Shown: positions 30,599 to 41,303 of the stretch, one piece after another | Numbering within the stretch: the first letter of the stretch is position 1 | Layout: each line of letters begins with the position of its first letter | Assembly (NCBI GenBank): GCA_045617805.1 | Contig: JAZLJM010000057.1 | Span: 20,998 to 84,997, forward strand | Length of the DNA: 64,000 bases | Source of the DNA: Pseudobutyrivibrio sp. | Lineage (GTDB): Bacteria; Bacillota; Clostridia; Lachnospirales; Lachnospiraceae | Direction: 5' to 3' | The notes under the pieces: model-generated | Seen by the model: only the letters and a program-made list of their open reading frames with translations | The model's database searches: none | What the model was told of the DNA's origin: nothing | Position numbers and translations under genes: made by a program

Positions 30599-32404
30599 CT
30601 ATATATCATCATTTTTTCCAAGCATTTTTTCAAAATCAACTATCGAAATTGGCTTTGCCAAAAGATATCCCTGATACATATCACAACCCATGCTTCGCAG
30701 CATCTCGCGAGTTTCGTCATCTTCGACTCCTTCAGCAATACATTTCTCACCTAAATCATGGCACATTTCTATGATATGCTGTACCAAAATCTTACCCGAG
30801 TCCGTATCCATCTGAAGGACAAAGCCTCTGTCAATTTTTACGGTATCAATTCCAGGCATTGCAAGCATCATTACAGAAGAATACTCTGTTCCAAGGTCAT
30901 CCAAAGAAACGCCAAATCCCAAATCGGCAAGCTCAAGTATTATTTCGCCCAGTTTTTTTTTGTCCATTGTCTCCTGCGATTCAGTAATTTCAAACTCTAC
31001 CTGATTTCTTTTAATATCGTACTTATCTGTAATAGAAAGAACTCGATTAATATAATCTGGCTCTGCTAAGGTTACACGACTCATATTTACTGAAATTTTC
31101 ATATCCGCGGGCTCCTGCTTATTCCATTTTTCCAATGTTTTACAGGTTTCCTCCAACATAAAAAAGTCAAGATACGGCACTAATCTGGCTTTTTCAAGAA
31201 TCGGTACAAACTCGCCAGGTGGAACAATCCTTCCATCTCTATCAATTTTTCTGATTAAAGATTCTGCTGCTACAACAACCGTGCTATCCGTATATGCCTT
31301 TGGCTGTAAATACATCACGTATCTACCGCTCTTTATATCCTGCAGTAAGCAACCTAGCTCTAAAGGAATCTTTTTTGCCTTTTCTTCGCTGTGATTTGCA
31401 TAATAATCCTGCTTGGCAATTCGTTGCATAATTTCTGCTTTATTTAACTCTTTTTCAATATTATAGGTCTCGTCATTCCACAGAGCACCCATTGTTGCAA
31501 GCTCATATTTATCAAATTCACATTGAAGCTGGGCGATTCGTCCATAAAACATATCCGAATCAATATGCTCCTTAATTACGACAAATTCATCTCCAGACAA
31601 ACGATAAATCTCATCTTTTTCAAAATAATGCTGAATCAAGAGAGCTGCTAAACGTATAGCCTCATCACCTTTCCCGTGACCATACAATTCATTGATTTCC
31701 TTTAATCCCAGCAAATCAATATAGGCTACACCCATATTTTTAAGCTTATTGTGCCCTCTTTTTCTAATATACTCATTATAGGATGAGCGATTTAATACAT
31801 CCGTCAAAGCATCATGGTAATTAAGATTTATCAGCTTTTGCTGCTTATTTATCAGTTCTTCCTCGGCTCTCATCTGTATAGTAATGTCCTCAAATACTGC
31901 TATCACATACTCTCTGCCATCTGCAAGCATAGATTTTCGCACCTTTGCTAAAATCCAGACCTTTTCTTTGATAATCTGATTTCCATTTTCATCAATAATA
32001 TTAATTTCTGCATTTCCAAGCTTTTTTGATCTGACTTTCTGCTTTCTTTCATATACAATCTGATACTTGGCTGTACTCACAATCTCGTACTTGCATTTTT
32101 CGACACTTTTCTTGAAACGCTTACTATCTACAGGCAGAAGTACCCTTGCAATCTCAGACAAAGTCATCCCCTTAAAAATTTCTTCCTGGGGCTTATTTCC
32201 ATCCACAGTTAGAAATTTTCCCCACTTGTTCAAGGTAGATATAGCTGTATCATTTATTCCCTCAATGACGTACTCCTCGCCAGAATATCGAAAAATTGCA
32301 GCACCAACAGGGATACTATCGAAAAATCTTTTGAAATTTTTTTCTACACTAGTCTCATCATATTGCTCGATTGAAAAATCCTGTATTTTTTCCATAAAAA
32401 CCAC
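30599..32404 (-). CDS. GGDEF-EAL c-di-GMP enzyme with a PAS-like N-terminus
   Basis: HDALTDVLNR, GHGKGD, SGDEF; ESL (EAL variant), VNMS, EITES, DDLGTEYSS, KIDR, AEGVE, QGY. Confidence 0.9.
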   Translation of the reverse strand: MVFMEKIQDFSIEQYDETSVEKNFKRFFDSIPVGAAIFRYSGEEYVIEGINDTAISTLNKWGKFLTVDGNKPQEEIFKGMTLSEIARVLLPVDSKRFKKSVEKCKYEIVSTAKYQIVYERKQKVRSKKLGNAEINIIDENGNQIIKEKVWILAKVRKSMLADGREYVIAVFEDITIQMRAEEELINKQQKLINLNYHDALTDVLNRSSYNEYIRKRGHNKLKNMGVAYIDLLGLKEINELYGHGKGDEAIRLAALLIQHYFEKDEIYRLSGDEFVVIKEHIDSDMFYGRIAQLQCEFDKYELATMGALWNDETYNIEKELNKAEIMQRIAKQDYYANHSEEKAKKIPLELGCLLQDIKSGRYVMYLQPKAYTDSTVVVAAESLIRKIDRDGRIVPPGEFVPILEKARLVPYLDFFMLEETCKTLEKWNKQEPADMKISVNMSRVTLAEPDYINRVLSITDKYDIKRNQVEFEITESQETMDKKKLGEIILELADLGFGVSLDDLGTEYSSVMMLAMPGIDTVKIDRGFVLQMDTDSGKILVQHIIEMCHDLGEKCIAEGVEDDETREMLRSMGCDMYQGYLLAKPISIVDFEKMLGKNDDI

Positions 32405-32651
32405 ACTCTAATTTTTCTTTCTAAGCCGCTTGCGGCTACAAACCCCATCTTCCTAATTTCATATTATCAAAGCCGCCATCAACTAACGTGAACAATCAGT
32501 GAAATAATTTTGTAAAATTATTAACAAAATTATGTGATGGTAACTTTTTGACAATTTCTAATCCATTATTTGCCACTTATTTACTTAATCCTTGCGAAAC
32601 CACCGAACCTCACGTATCATAAAATTAGTTGAAAAATGGAGGTATTTTTAC

Positions 32652-33686
32652 GTGGAAAAGGAAAAAATCAGATTAACAAAAGATAATGAAGAGATTTTTG
32701 CATACACTCTTATCAATAAAAATGGTATGCAGGCTAAAATTATGAATTACGGCTGCAATCTCTTAGAACTCTGGGTTCCAGACAAAGATGGTGTTTGCAC
32801 AGATGTGGTTCTAGGCTATGAAAATATCGAGGACTATTTTGTAAATGGTCCTGGCTTAGGCTGCTGCATTTGCCCAAACGGTAATAGAATCGGTGATTCC
32901 AAGTTTAGTTTAAATGGAAAAGAATATGTTTTAGACCAGAATGACGGCAAAAACAATCTTCACTCTGGCTTTTCACCTATGCACCGTCGCATTTGGGATG
33001 TTGTTGAATACGACGAATCACACATCAAATTTTCATGTCACAAGGCTGATATGGAGTGTGGTTTCCCTGGTGAAATGGATATCAATATCACATATACCCT
33101 TTCAGATGACAATGCTTTACGCCTTGATTATAGTGGAGTTTCTGATGTTGATACAATATTCAACCCAACAAATCATTCATACTTCAACCTTTCTGGACAC
33201 GATGCTGGTTCAGTTATGGATCAAATCGTATGGATTGATGCTGACAAATTCACATACACAGACTCTGAGTCAATCCCACACGGTGAGCTTACTGATGTAA
33301 AGGGCACACCTATGGATTTCACTACACCAAAAGCCCTTTCCGTAGACACAGATGCTGATTACGACCAGCTCAACTGGGCAGGCGGTTTTGACCACAACTA
33401 CGTACTTAACAACCCATCACTTAACAAACCAAGTTGTTCTCTTTGCGACCCTAAGAGCGGCAAAAAGATGGAAGTTTACACGACTTTACCAGGCATACAG
33501 CTCTATGCAGCAAACTACCTTACAGAAGCTGAGGTCGGCAAGGGCGGCTTCCCATATGGTAAGCGCTTCGGTGTATGCTTTGAGTCTCAGTACTTCCCAA
33601 ATGCAATTAACGTTCCTAGCTTCCCTCAGCCTATTGCAAAAGCTGGCGTTGAGTCTAAATCTACAACCATCTACAAATTTGTATAA
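32652..33686 (+). CDS. galM: Aldose 1-epimerase (mutarotase)
   Basis: NRIG, NNLHSG, GFPG, NPTNHSYFNL, FDHNY, CFESQ; GTG start at 32652 after GGAGG. Confidence 0.9.
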   Translation: MEKEKIRLTKDNEEIFAYTLINKNGMQAKIMNYGCNLLELWVPDKDGVCTDVVLGYENIEDYFVNGPGLGCCICPNGNRIGDSKFSLNGKEYVLDQNDGKNNLHSGFSPMHRRIWDVVEYDESHIKFSCHKADMECGFPGEMDINITYTLSDDNALRLDYSGVSDVDTIFNPTNHSYFNLSGHDAGSVMDQIVWIDADKFTYTDSESIPHGELTDVKGTPMDFTTPKALSVDTDADYDQLNWAGGFDHNYVLNNPSLNKPSCSLCDPKSGKKMEVYTTLPGIQLYAANYLTEAEVGKGGFPYGKRFGVCFESQYFPNAINVPSFPQPIAKAGVESKSTTIYKFV

Positions 33687-33723
33687 ATTAACTAATGCTT
33701 CGTTTTCTTAATAACTCGACAAT

Positions 33724-33795
33724 AGCCCTTGCCACAGGAGATATCTTTTTTACTGTTTGGAAAACAGATTTTCCTAGTGACAAGGGCTTTTTTTC
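33724..33795 (+). terminator. Hairpin terminator between convergent galM and the symporter
   Basis: AGCCCTTGCCAC...GTGACAAGGGCT followed by a T run. Confidence 0.6.
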
Positions 33796-33847
33796 TATAT
33801 CAAATATACTTTATTTTCTATTTTTCTTTGTATAAATACTATTTGCT

Positions 33848-35245
33848 TTATTTATCTAAATATTTCTTCACCTCAGCGACTACAATCCCATTTAAAGCTA
33901 ACAGTGCAATTACATTTGGAAGTGCCATTAAACCATTACATATATCAGCAATTGTCCAAACAGAAGAAATTGCCATATAAGGTCCAATGAAAACTGCCGC
34001 AATGTACAACAATCTAAAGCCCCAAACAACTACTTTATTATCTTTTATTATATACTCCAAGCATTTTTCACTATAATAATTCCACCCTAGAATTGTGGTA
34101 AAAGCGAAAAATACAAGGCACAACACCAATATTAATTCACTCAATTTATCAGGAAGAGGTAGACCCATTTGAAAAGCCCTCATTGTAACAGCTGCACCTT
34201 CAAGTCCTGTATTACAGGCACCTGTAACTAGAATAGCAATTCCCGTAAGCGAACAAATAACGATTGTATCAATATATGTTCCCAGCATAGAAATCAACCC
34301 CTGTTCTACTGGTTCATTCGTTTTTGCTGCGGCAGCAGCTATTGGCGCACTACCAAGTCCCGCTTCATTTGAAAAAATCCCCCTGGATACACCCTTTTGC
34401 ATCGCTACAAGCACAGTTCCCAAAGCTCCACCCGCTACCGATCTAATACCAAAGGCACCTTCAATTATCGTTAATAGCACCATTGGTATCTTTGTAATAT
34501 TGCAAACAATAATCGTAAGAGTTGCAACAACATATAAAATTGCCATAACTGGAACAAGTACTTCTGAGACCTTTGCAATTCTTTTTATTCCACCGATAAC
34601 TACCAGCCCAACGCAAATTGTCAAAATGATACCTGAAATTACAACTGTCCACGAATAGGTATTTCCAAACATACTTACTTTCCACATATTATCTGGGTCA
34701 AGAAAATTATTTATCGCACTTGAAATACTATTTACTTGTACACATGTTCCAATGCCTAAAAGGCCTACAATTACCCCAAATGTGGCAAATAGCTTTGCAA
34801 GCCATTTCCATTTTTGCCCCATCCCTTTTTCAATATAGTAAAATGGTCCACCTAAAACATGTCCATCCGCACATACCATACGAAACCTGTGAGCAAGCAT
34901 ACACTCAGAAAATTTTGTTGCTGTCCCAAATATAGCAGCAATCCACATCCAAAACAATGCTCCGGGACCACCCGTTACTATTGCTGTTGCCACACCAACA
35001 ATATTTCCTGTACCAATTGTCGCAGATAATGCTGTACAAAGAGATGCAAAACCACTTACATCACCATTTTTACCATCAGCTTCACTTTTTTTAACTAACT
35101 TAATTGCTTTTTTTAGCTGTGTAAATTGAATACCTCTTAATCTAATTGTGAGAAAAATTCCAGCACATATAATTAATAGAATTAATGGCAATCCCCATAC
35201 ATAATCATCAATTGTTTTTATTACACTTCTAAACTGTTCATACAT
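33848..35245 (-). CDS. Alanine/glycine:cation symporter (AGCS family)
   Basis: ATIGTGNI, GGPGALFWMW, GIFSNEAGLGSAP, FAFTTILGW, LMALPN. Confidence 0.92.
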   Translation of the reverse strand: MYEQFRSVIKTIDDYVWGLPLILLIICAGIFLTIRLRGIQFTQLKKAIKLVKKSEADGKNGDVSGFASLCTALSATIGTGNIVGVATAIVTGGPGALFWMWIAAIFGTATKFSECMLAHRFRMVCADGHVLGGPFYYIEKGMGQKWKWLAKLFATFGVIVGLLGIGTCVQVNSISSAINNFLDPDNMWKVSMFGNTYSWTVVISGIILTICVGLVVIGGIKRIAKVSEVLVPVMAILYVVATLTIIVCNITKIPMVLLTIIEGAFGIRSVAGGALGTVLVAMQKGVSRGIFSNEAGLGSAPIAAAAAKTNEPVEQGLISMLGTYIDTIVICSLTGIAILVTGACNTGLEGAAVTMRAFQMGLPLPDKLSELILVLCLVFFAFTTILGWNYYSEKCLEYIIKDNKVVVWGFRLLYIAAVFIGPYMAISSVWTIADICNGLMALPNVIALLALNGIVVAEVKKYLDK

Positions 35246-35328
35246 AAAAACATTCTCATTTCTTTGTTATCTACTTAAAGTACACAAGCACATAACACTG
35301 TACCTTTTTATCAAAAATAGCAAAAAAC

Positions 35329-35354
35329 GCCCTTGTTCATATCATAACAAGGGC
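35329..35354 (-). terminator. Probable terminator after transketolase
   Basis: GCCCTTGTT...AACAAGGGC, with an A run on the left giving a minus-strand U tract. Confidence 0.6.
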
Positions 35355-35375
35355 AATAATATCGAAAATCGAATT

Positions 35376-36314
35376 TTAGAACCAAGCCTTTACCTGTTTG
35401 TAAATACCTGCTGCATCAAGCTCATACTTCTCAAGAAGCTTTACTGCTGGACCTGACTCACCAAACACATCGTTTACACCGATACGAAGCATCTTTGTTG
35501 GCTGCTTTTCTGAGAGAACCTCAGCAACAGCACCTCCAAGACCTCCTACGATAGAATGCTCTTCAACAGTAACAACCTTTCCTGTCTTAGCTGCACTAGC
35601 TACTACAAGCTCCTCATCAAGAGGCTTGATTGTATGGATATTGATAACCTCAGCATCAATTCCATCTGCTGCAAGAAGCTTTGCAGCCTCAAGAGACTCA
35701 TTTACCTCAAGACCTGTTGCGATGATTGTTACATCTTTACCTTCTTTTAAGACAACACCCTTGCCGATTTCAAACTTATAATCAGCGTTGTCATTGATAA
35801 CAGGTACTGCAAGACGTCCAAATCTCAAATAAACTGGACCATCAAGCTCATATGCTGCCTTAACTGCAGCCTTTGCCTCTACATCATCAGAAGGATTGAT
35901 GATTGTCATACCAGGAATTGTACGCATAAGTGCGATATCCTCGTTACACTGATGTGTTGCACCATCTTCACCTACTGAAATACCAGCGTGTGTTGCACCA
36001 ATTTTTACATTGGCATGTGGATAACCGATTGAGTTACGAACCTGCTCAAAGGCACGACCTGCTGCAAACATTGCAAATGTTGAACAAAATGGAACCTTTC
36101 CTGTAAGTGCAAGACCTGCGCCTACGCCCATAAGGTTTGACTCAGCAATACCACAATCGATAAAACGCTCTGGATATTCCTTCTTAAAAGTACCTGTCTT
36201 TGTAGCTGCTGCAAGGTCAGCATCTAAAACTACAAGATTATCATGCTCTTTAGCTAAAGCAACGAGAGCATTACCATAGCTATCTCTAGTTGCGATTTTC
36301 TTTACTTCTGACAT
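35376..36314 (-). CDS. tkt: Transketolase, C-terminal subunit
   Basis: ATRDSYG, GIAESN, GEDGATHQ, VTVEEH. Confidence 0.9.
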   Translation of the reverse strand: MSEVKKIATRDSYGNALVALAKEHDNLVVLDADLAAATKTGTFKKEYPERFIDCGIAESNLMGVGAGLALTGKVPFCSTFAMFAAGRAFEQVRNSIGYPHANVKIGATHAGISVGEDGATHQCNEDIALMRTIPGMTIINPSDDVEAKAAVKAAYELDGPVYLRFGRLAVPVINDNADYKFEIGKGVVLKEGKDVTIIATGLEVNESLEAAKLLAADGIDAEVINIHTIKPLDEELVVASAAKTGKVVTVEEHSIVGGLGGAVAEVLSEKQPTKMLRIGVNDVFGESGPAVKLLEKYELDAAGIYKQVKAWF

Positions 36315-37141
36315 AATGCTTCACCTGCTTTCTTTAATTCTTCCATTGCAATTGCAAATTCTTCATCGTTTGGTGCTTTTCCATGCCAACCAACCTGGTT
36401 CTCCATGAATGAAACACCCTTGCCCTTTACAGTCTTCATAACGATTGCAATTGGCTGTCCCTTAATCTGGTGTGCTTCATTGAAAGCATCGCGAAGCTGA
36501 TCGAAATCATTTCCATCCTCAACCTCGATAACATGGAACTTGAAAGCTCTGAATTTGTCAGCGATTGGATATGGGCTATTAACCTCTTCGATTGGTCCAT
36601 CAATCTGAAGACCATTGTTATCAACGATAACTACGAGATTATCAAGCTTCTTTGCACCAGCAAACATTGCTGCTTCCCAAACCTGACCCTCTTCGATTTC
36701 ACCATCTCCGAGAAGTGTATATACTTTATATGACTCATTTGAAAGCTTAGCTGAGAGTGCCATACCTGCTGCAACAGAAATTCCCTGTCCAAGTGAACCT
36801 GATGAAGCATCAAGACCCTTTGTATGTTGAATACATGGATGTCCCTGAAGATTTGAACCAATCTGACGGAGAGTAAGCATTTCCTTAGGATCAAAATAAC
36901 CTCTCTGTGCAAGTGTCGAATAAAGACCAGGTGCTGTGTGACCCTTTGAAAGTACGAATCTGTCACGGTCTGCCTTATCTGGATTCTGAGGGTCGATATT
37001 CATCTCCTCAAAATAAAGATATGTGAATAACTCTGTTGCTGATAATGATCCGCCTGGATGTCCTGCTTTTGCAGCGTGAACACCTTCAATGATGCCCTTG
37101 CGGACTTCTATAGCTGTTTTTTGTAGCTCTTGGTTTGTCAT
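36302..37141 (-). CDS. tkt: Transketolase, N-terminal subunit
   Basis: GHPGGSLS, DRFVLSKGH, GSLGQG, GDGE TPP motif, WHG. Confidence 0.9.
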   Translation of the reverse strand: MTNQELQKTAIEVRKGIIEGVHAAKAGHPGGSLSATELFTYLYFEEMNIDPQNPDKADRDRFVLSKGHTAPGLYSTLAQRGYFDPKEMLTLRQIGSNLQGHPCIQHTKGLDASSGSLGQGISVAAGMALSAKLSNESYKVYTLLGDGEIEEGQVWEAAMFAGAKKLDNLVVIVDNNGLQIDGPIEEVNSPYPIADKFRAFKFHVIEVEDGNDFDQLRDAFNEAHQIKGQPIAIVMKTVKGKGVSFMENQVGWHGKAPNDEEFAIAMEELKKAGEALCQK

Positions 37142-37156
37142 CTTTCTCCTCCTAAT

Positions 37157-38572
37157 TTATCTAATCTCATCCAACGAAATTAACATGATATTCTTAATTG
37201 CTGATGAAATTGTAGTCGCGTTTTCATTGAAGCCTGCTTTTGAAAATACGATATAAAAAACATCGCCTTCTCTTTTGAGCTGCTTCGTCTTTTCAATAAG
37301 AGCCTTGAGCTGTGCAACCTCGATTGGCTCGTTATTATAGTAACATTCACAGAAAATTGTTGCTGAACGTCCTTCACACTTTCCAAGTGAAACAATATCA
37401 AAGCCCTCTGTTGTTCCGGCTTCGTCGTCATTGACCCACCAGTTACCAAGCTCTTCTATTGTGAAAGGAAGCATATTTTCTACGCTCTTTTCCTGTAAAT
37501 ATTCACCACAGATTTTTACAAATACAGGCTGCATAAATTCTGCCATAGACTCAGAAACCTTTGTCCACAATGTTTCAACATCGCCTGCCATATATAAATC
37601 ATAGTTTACTGCAATAAATTTATACCAAAATAGTGTACCTGTACTACGAATAGAATATCTGGTCTTCTTGCGATTCGTAGTCTCTGTAATCGCTGTATCC
37701 TTCTTACAAATCCCAATCGAAATAAGAGAATTGAGATAAGGTACAACTACATCCTTTGGCTTCTCAACTGCCTGAGAAATCTGATTTACTCGATTAAATC
37801 CACTAGCCAAAGTGGTTAATAAACAATTGTAATATGATAATTCTCTAAGCTCAGAAGACATAATCCTCTCTGGATTAAGACCAACTGATGAATTTACATC
37901 CAAAAATAGCTTCGTCGCTACTTCTTTAATACGATTTTCCTCTGTACAATTTGAAAGAATCTGCTGAACCCTTACGAGATTGTACGCCATACCGCCTGTA
38001 ATTCCATAGAAAAATGCCGCCTCAGTCTCAGAAGCATCTGCTAAGAAATCCAAAGAATCAAAGAAATTGAAAGGCTGTAGCTCTAAATCGAGCGAAATTA
38101 TATCCTTCCACAATGACTTCTTTCCTTTTAGCGATTTATCCACAAATAAGTATGCATCAGAAGCAAGTACTAATTTGATTGGCAAATCCTTCCAATCACC
38201 ACTTACATACTCATAAAGTGTCTTGTCAAAAGATGCGTCAGCTTTTACGATATTCTGATACTGCTCAATGATAAGGAGTATCTTTTTATCGGTAGCGCGC
38301 TCCTTTATATTCTCGCAAATGGCTGAAAAATCCGAATTTTCATCAATTCCAAGCTGCTTTGAAATTAATCTTCGCTGTTCTTTTTCTGTAGTTTCATATG
38401 CATCAATATAGATGGCATCCTTATCCTCAGAAAATTGTCTTAAAAGTGTAGTCTTACCTACACCAACCCCACCTGAAACGACAGCTACACAACATTTGTC
38501 GCCTTCATAGAACCCATTAAGTTTTTCTATTTCGCTGCTTCGTCCTATAAACATCTCTTCTCCCTGTGTCAC
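37157..38572 (-). CDS. Archaeal-type P-loop ATPase with a C-terminal DUF234/nuclease-like domain
   Basis: FIGR..E start motif, GGVGVGKT Walker A, TGG, GNWW...FDIV...CEC; alternative ATG start at 38554. Confidence 0.7.
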   Translation of the reverse strand: MTQGEEMFIGRSSEIEKLNGFYEGDKCCVAVVSGGVGVGKTTLLRQFSEDKDAIYIDAYETTEKEQRRLISKQLGIDENSDFSAICENIKERATDKKILLIIEQYQNIVKADASFDKTLYEYVSGDWKDLPIKLVLASDAYLFVDKSLKGKKSLWKDIISLDLELQPFNFFDSLDFLADASETEAAFFYGITGGMAYNLVRVQQILSNCTEENRIKEVATKLFLDVNSSVGLNPERIMSSELRELSYYNCLLTTLASGFNRVNQISQAVEKPKDVVVPYLNSLISIGICKKDTAITETTNRKKTRYSIRSTGTLFWYKFIAVNYDLYMAGDVETLWTKVSESMAEFMQPVFVKICGEYLQEKSVENMLPFTIEELGNWWVNDDEAGTTEGFDIVSLGKCEGRSATIFCECYYNNEPIEVAQLKALIEKTKQLKREGDVFYIVFSKAGFNENATTISSAIKNIMLISLDEIR

Positions 38573-38652
38573 ATAGTTTACCTATCGTATACAACAATAC
38601 ACTTATGGTATCACGTTTCAACTATGCGCGCAATAGGTTTTCAAAGCAAAAA

Positions 38653-38691
38653 TGCGCTTCCTAATGTACTTTTGTCTCACAAGGAAGCGCA
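38653..38691 (-). terminator. Probable terminator after xfp
   Basis: TGCGCTTCCT...AGGAAGCGCA, with an A run on the left. Confidence 0.6.
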
Positions 38692-38737
38692 ATGTTTATT
38701 TTTATGAAGCCTTTCTCAGAAAAACTCTAAGGGGTGT

Positions 38738-41131
38738 TTATTTCTCTGAGATATTTTTCCACTTCCAGTTTGCAATCTCTGGAAGATCCATACCGTACTC
38801 ATGAATGTGCTGCTTGTGCTCTACAAGCTTGTCGCCCATCTTCTGATATAAGTATGCACCCTTGTTTCCAAGCTGTGGTAAATACTTGATTGCAGCACGT
38901 ACAAGGTGGAATCTATCAACATGGTTCTGTACACGTACATCGAATGGAGTAGTAATTGTACCCTCTTCGTGGTATCCGCGAACATGCATGTTTCTGTTGT
39001 TATTACGTCTATATGTAAGCTCATGAATGAGTGTTGGATAGCCGTGGAAGTTGAAAAGTACTGGCTTATCCTTTGTAAAGAGCATATCGTACTCCTCATC
39101 TGTGAGTCCGTGTGGATGCTCTGTGCTTGGCTGAAGCTTAAATAAGTCAACTACGTTGATAAATCTAATCTTAAGCTCTGGTAACTCCTCATGAAGGATG
39201 CTTACTGCAGCAAGTGCCTCAAGTGTTGGTGTTTCACCTGCACAAGCAAATACGATATCTGGCTCTTCACCAGCATCATTTGAAGCCCAATCCCAAATTG
39301 AGATACCCTGTGTACAGTGCTGAACAGCCTGCTCCATTGTTAACCACTGTGGTCTTGGGTGCTTAGATGCAACAATTACGTTTACATAGTTCTTTGACTT
39401 GATACAGTGATCAAATGTAGAAAGTAAGCAGTTTGCATCTGGTGGAAGGTACATACGTACAACGTCTGCCTTCTTATTTGCAATATGATCAAGGAAACCT
39501 GGATCCTGATGTGTAAATCCGTTGTGATCCTGCTGCCATACTGTTGAAGCCATGATTAAGTTAAGAGATGCAATTGGCTGTCTCCAAGGAAGCTGATTGC
39601 AAACCTTTAACCACTTAGCATGCTGAGCTGCCATAGAATCAATGATTCTAAGGAATGCTTCGTATGATGCAAAGAATCCGTGACGACCTGTAAGAAGATA
39701 TCCCTCTAACCAGCCTTCACACATATGCTCAGAAAGCATACCGTCCATGATACGACCATCCTGTGCAAGGAACTCATCCTGCTCGATTGTTCCAGCATTC
39801 CATGCTCTATTTTCCTCTTCGAAAGCGTGATTTAATCTATTAGACATAGACTCATCTGGTCCAAAGATTCTGAAATTCTTTTCTTCTTTGTTGAGCTTAA
39901 ATACATCACGAATGTATGCACCAAGCTCGATCATATCCTGTCCCTCTTTTGAACCTGGATACTGTACGTCAAACTCGTACTTTCTGAAATCAGGTGTACG
40001 AAGCTCTCTTAAAAGCTTACCACCATTTGCATGTGGGTTAGCACCGATTCTGGCATCACCTTCTGGACAAAGAGCCTTGATTTCAGGCTTAACCTTTCCG
40101 TCCTCTGTGAAAAGCTCCTCTGGCTTGTAGCTAAGTAACCAATCCTTAAGAATCTGAAGATGCTCTTCTGGCTTCTCCATAGAAATTGGTACCTGATGAG
40201 CGTGGAAGCTGCCCTCGATAGGAGTTCCATCAACTACCTTTGGACCTGTCCATCCCTTTGGTGTACGAAGAACGATCATTGGCCATACTGGTCTTGTAGC
40301 ATCGTTGTTCTCACGAGCATTCTTCTGAATTGCCTTGATTTCTTCAACTACAGTATCAAGTGTCTCAGCCATAAGCTTATGCATTGTCATTGGGTCATCA
40401 CCTTCAACATAGTAAGGCTTCCAACCATTACCCTTGAAGAATGCATCAAGCTCTTCTCTAGACATACGAGCAAAAATTGTTGGGTTAGAAATCTTGTATC
40501 CATTGAGGTGCATAATAGGAAGAACTGCACCATCATTGATAGGATTTAAGAACTTATTTGACTGCCATGAAGTAGCAAGTGGGCCAGTCTCAGCCTCACC
40601 ATCACCTACTGTAATACAAGCAATAAGCTCTGGGTTATCATAAACTGCACCGAAAGCATGAGCGATACCATAACCAAGCTCACCACCTTCGTTGATTGAA
40701 CCAGGTGTCTCTGGTGCACAGTGTGAAGGAACACCACCTGGGAAAGAGAACTGCTTGCAAAGCTTAGCAAGACCTTCCATATCTTCACTTACATTTGGAT
40801 ATACCTCTGAGTATGTTCCCTCGATGTAAGTATTTGCAATAAAGAAGTTTCCACCGTGTCCTGGACCAGAAAGAAGGATTAAATCAAGATCATACTTCTT
40901 AATAGCTCTGTTTAAGTGTGTATAAACAAAGTTCTGTCCTGGTACAGTTCCCCAGTGTCCTACAATTTTCTTCTTAACCATATCAAGTGTAAGTGGCTCA
41001 CGAAGAAGTGGATTCTCTAAAAGATAAAGCTGTGCAGCTGACAAATAGTTTGTTGTACGCCAGTAAGCATCCATCTTCTCGAGAAGTTCGTTTGTGATTG
41101 GTCCTTTTTCAAGGATATTCTCGTTACTCAT
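38738..41131 (-). CDS. xfp: Xylulose-5-P/fructose-6-P phosphoketolase
   Basis: [56 protein letters not shown]. Confidence 0.95.
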   Translation of the reverse strand: MSNENILEKGPITNELLEKMDAYWRTTNYLSAAQLYLLENPLLREPLTLDMVKKKIVGHWGTVPGQNFVYTHLNRAIKKYDLDLILLSGPGHGGNFFIANTYIEGTYSEVYPNVSEDMEGLAKLCKQFSFPGGVPSHCAPETPGSINEGGELGYGIAHAFGAVYDNPELIACITVGDGEAETGPLATSWQSNKFLNPINDGAVLPIMHLNGYKISNPTIFARMSREELDAFFKGNGWKPYYVEGDDPMTMHKLMAETLDTVVEEIKAIQKNARENNDATRPVWPMIVLRTPKGWTGPKVVDGTPIEGSFHAHQVPISMEKPEEHLQILKDWLLSYKPEELFTEDGKVKPEIKALCPEGDARIGANPHANGGKLLRELRTPDFRKYEFDVQYPGSKEGQDMIELGAYIRDVFKLNKEEKNFRIFGPDESMSNRLNHAFEEENRAWNAGTIEQDEFLAQDGRIMDGMLSEHMCEGWLEGYLLTGRHGFFASYEAFLRIIDSMAAQHAKWLKVCNQLPWRQPIASLNLIMASTVWQQDHNGFTHQDPGFLDHIANKKADVVRMYLPPDANCLLSTFDHCIKSKNYVNVIVASKHPRPQWLTMEQAVQHCTQGISIWDWASNDAGEEPDIVFACAGETPTLEALAAVSILHEELPELKIRFINVVDLFKLQPSTEHPHGLTDEEYDMLFTKDKPVLFNFHGYPTLIHELTYRRNNNRNMHVRGYHEEGTITTPFDVRVQNHVDRFHLVRAAIKYLPQLGNKGAYLYQKMGDKLVEHKQHIHEYGMDLPEIANWKWKNISEK

Positions 41132-41303
41132 TTTACTCTCCTTTAAGAATTGTTTGTTTTTTACATATATCTAAATTTGTAGCCCTTCTAAAGTTCGTCG
41201 AGGGTATAAAATTATCGATTTATATCAATAATTTGACTTGAAGGTTTACAAAAATTTAGCGAAAGCTATAATCTAAATCAAAAACTATGATTTTGGAGGT
41301 CCT

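Noticed and set aside
35246-35375. Glycine riboswitch upstream of the Ala/Gly symporter
   Set aside because: The spacer is short and lacks the GGAGA...CCGAAG...CTCTCAGG motifs.
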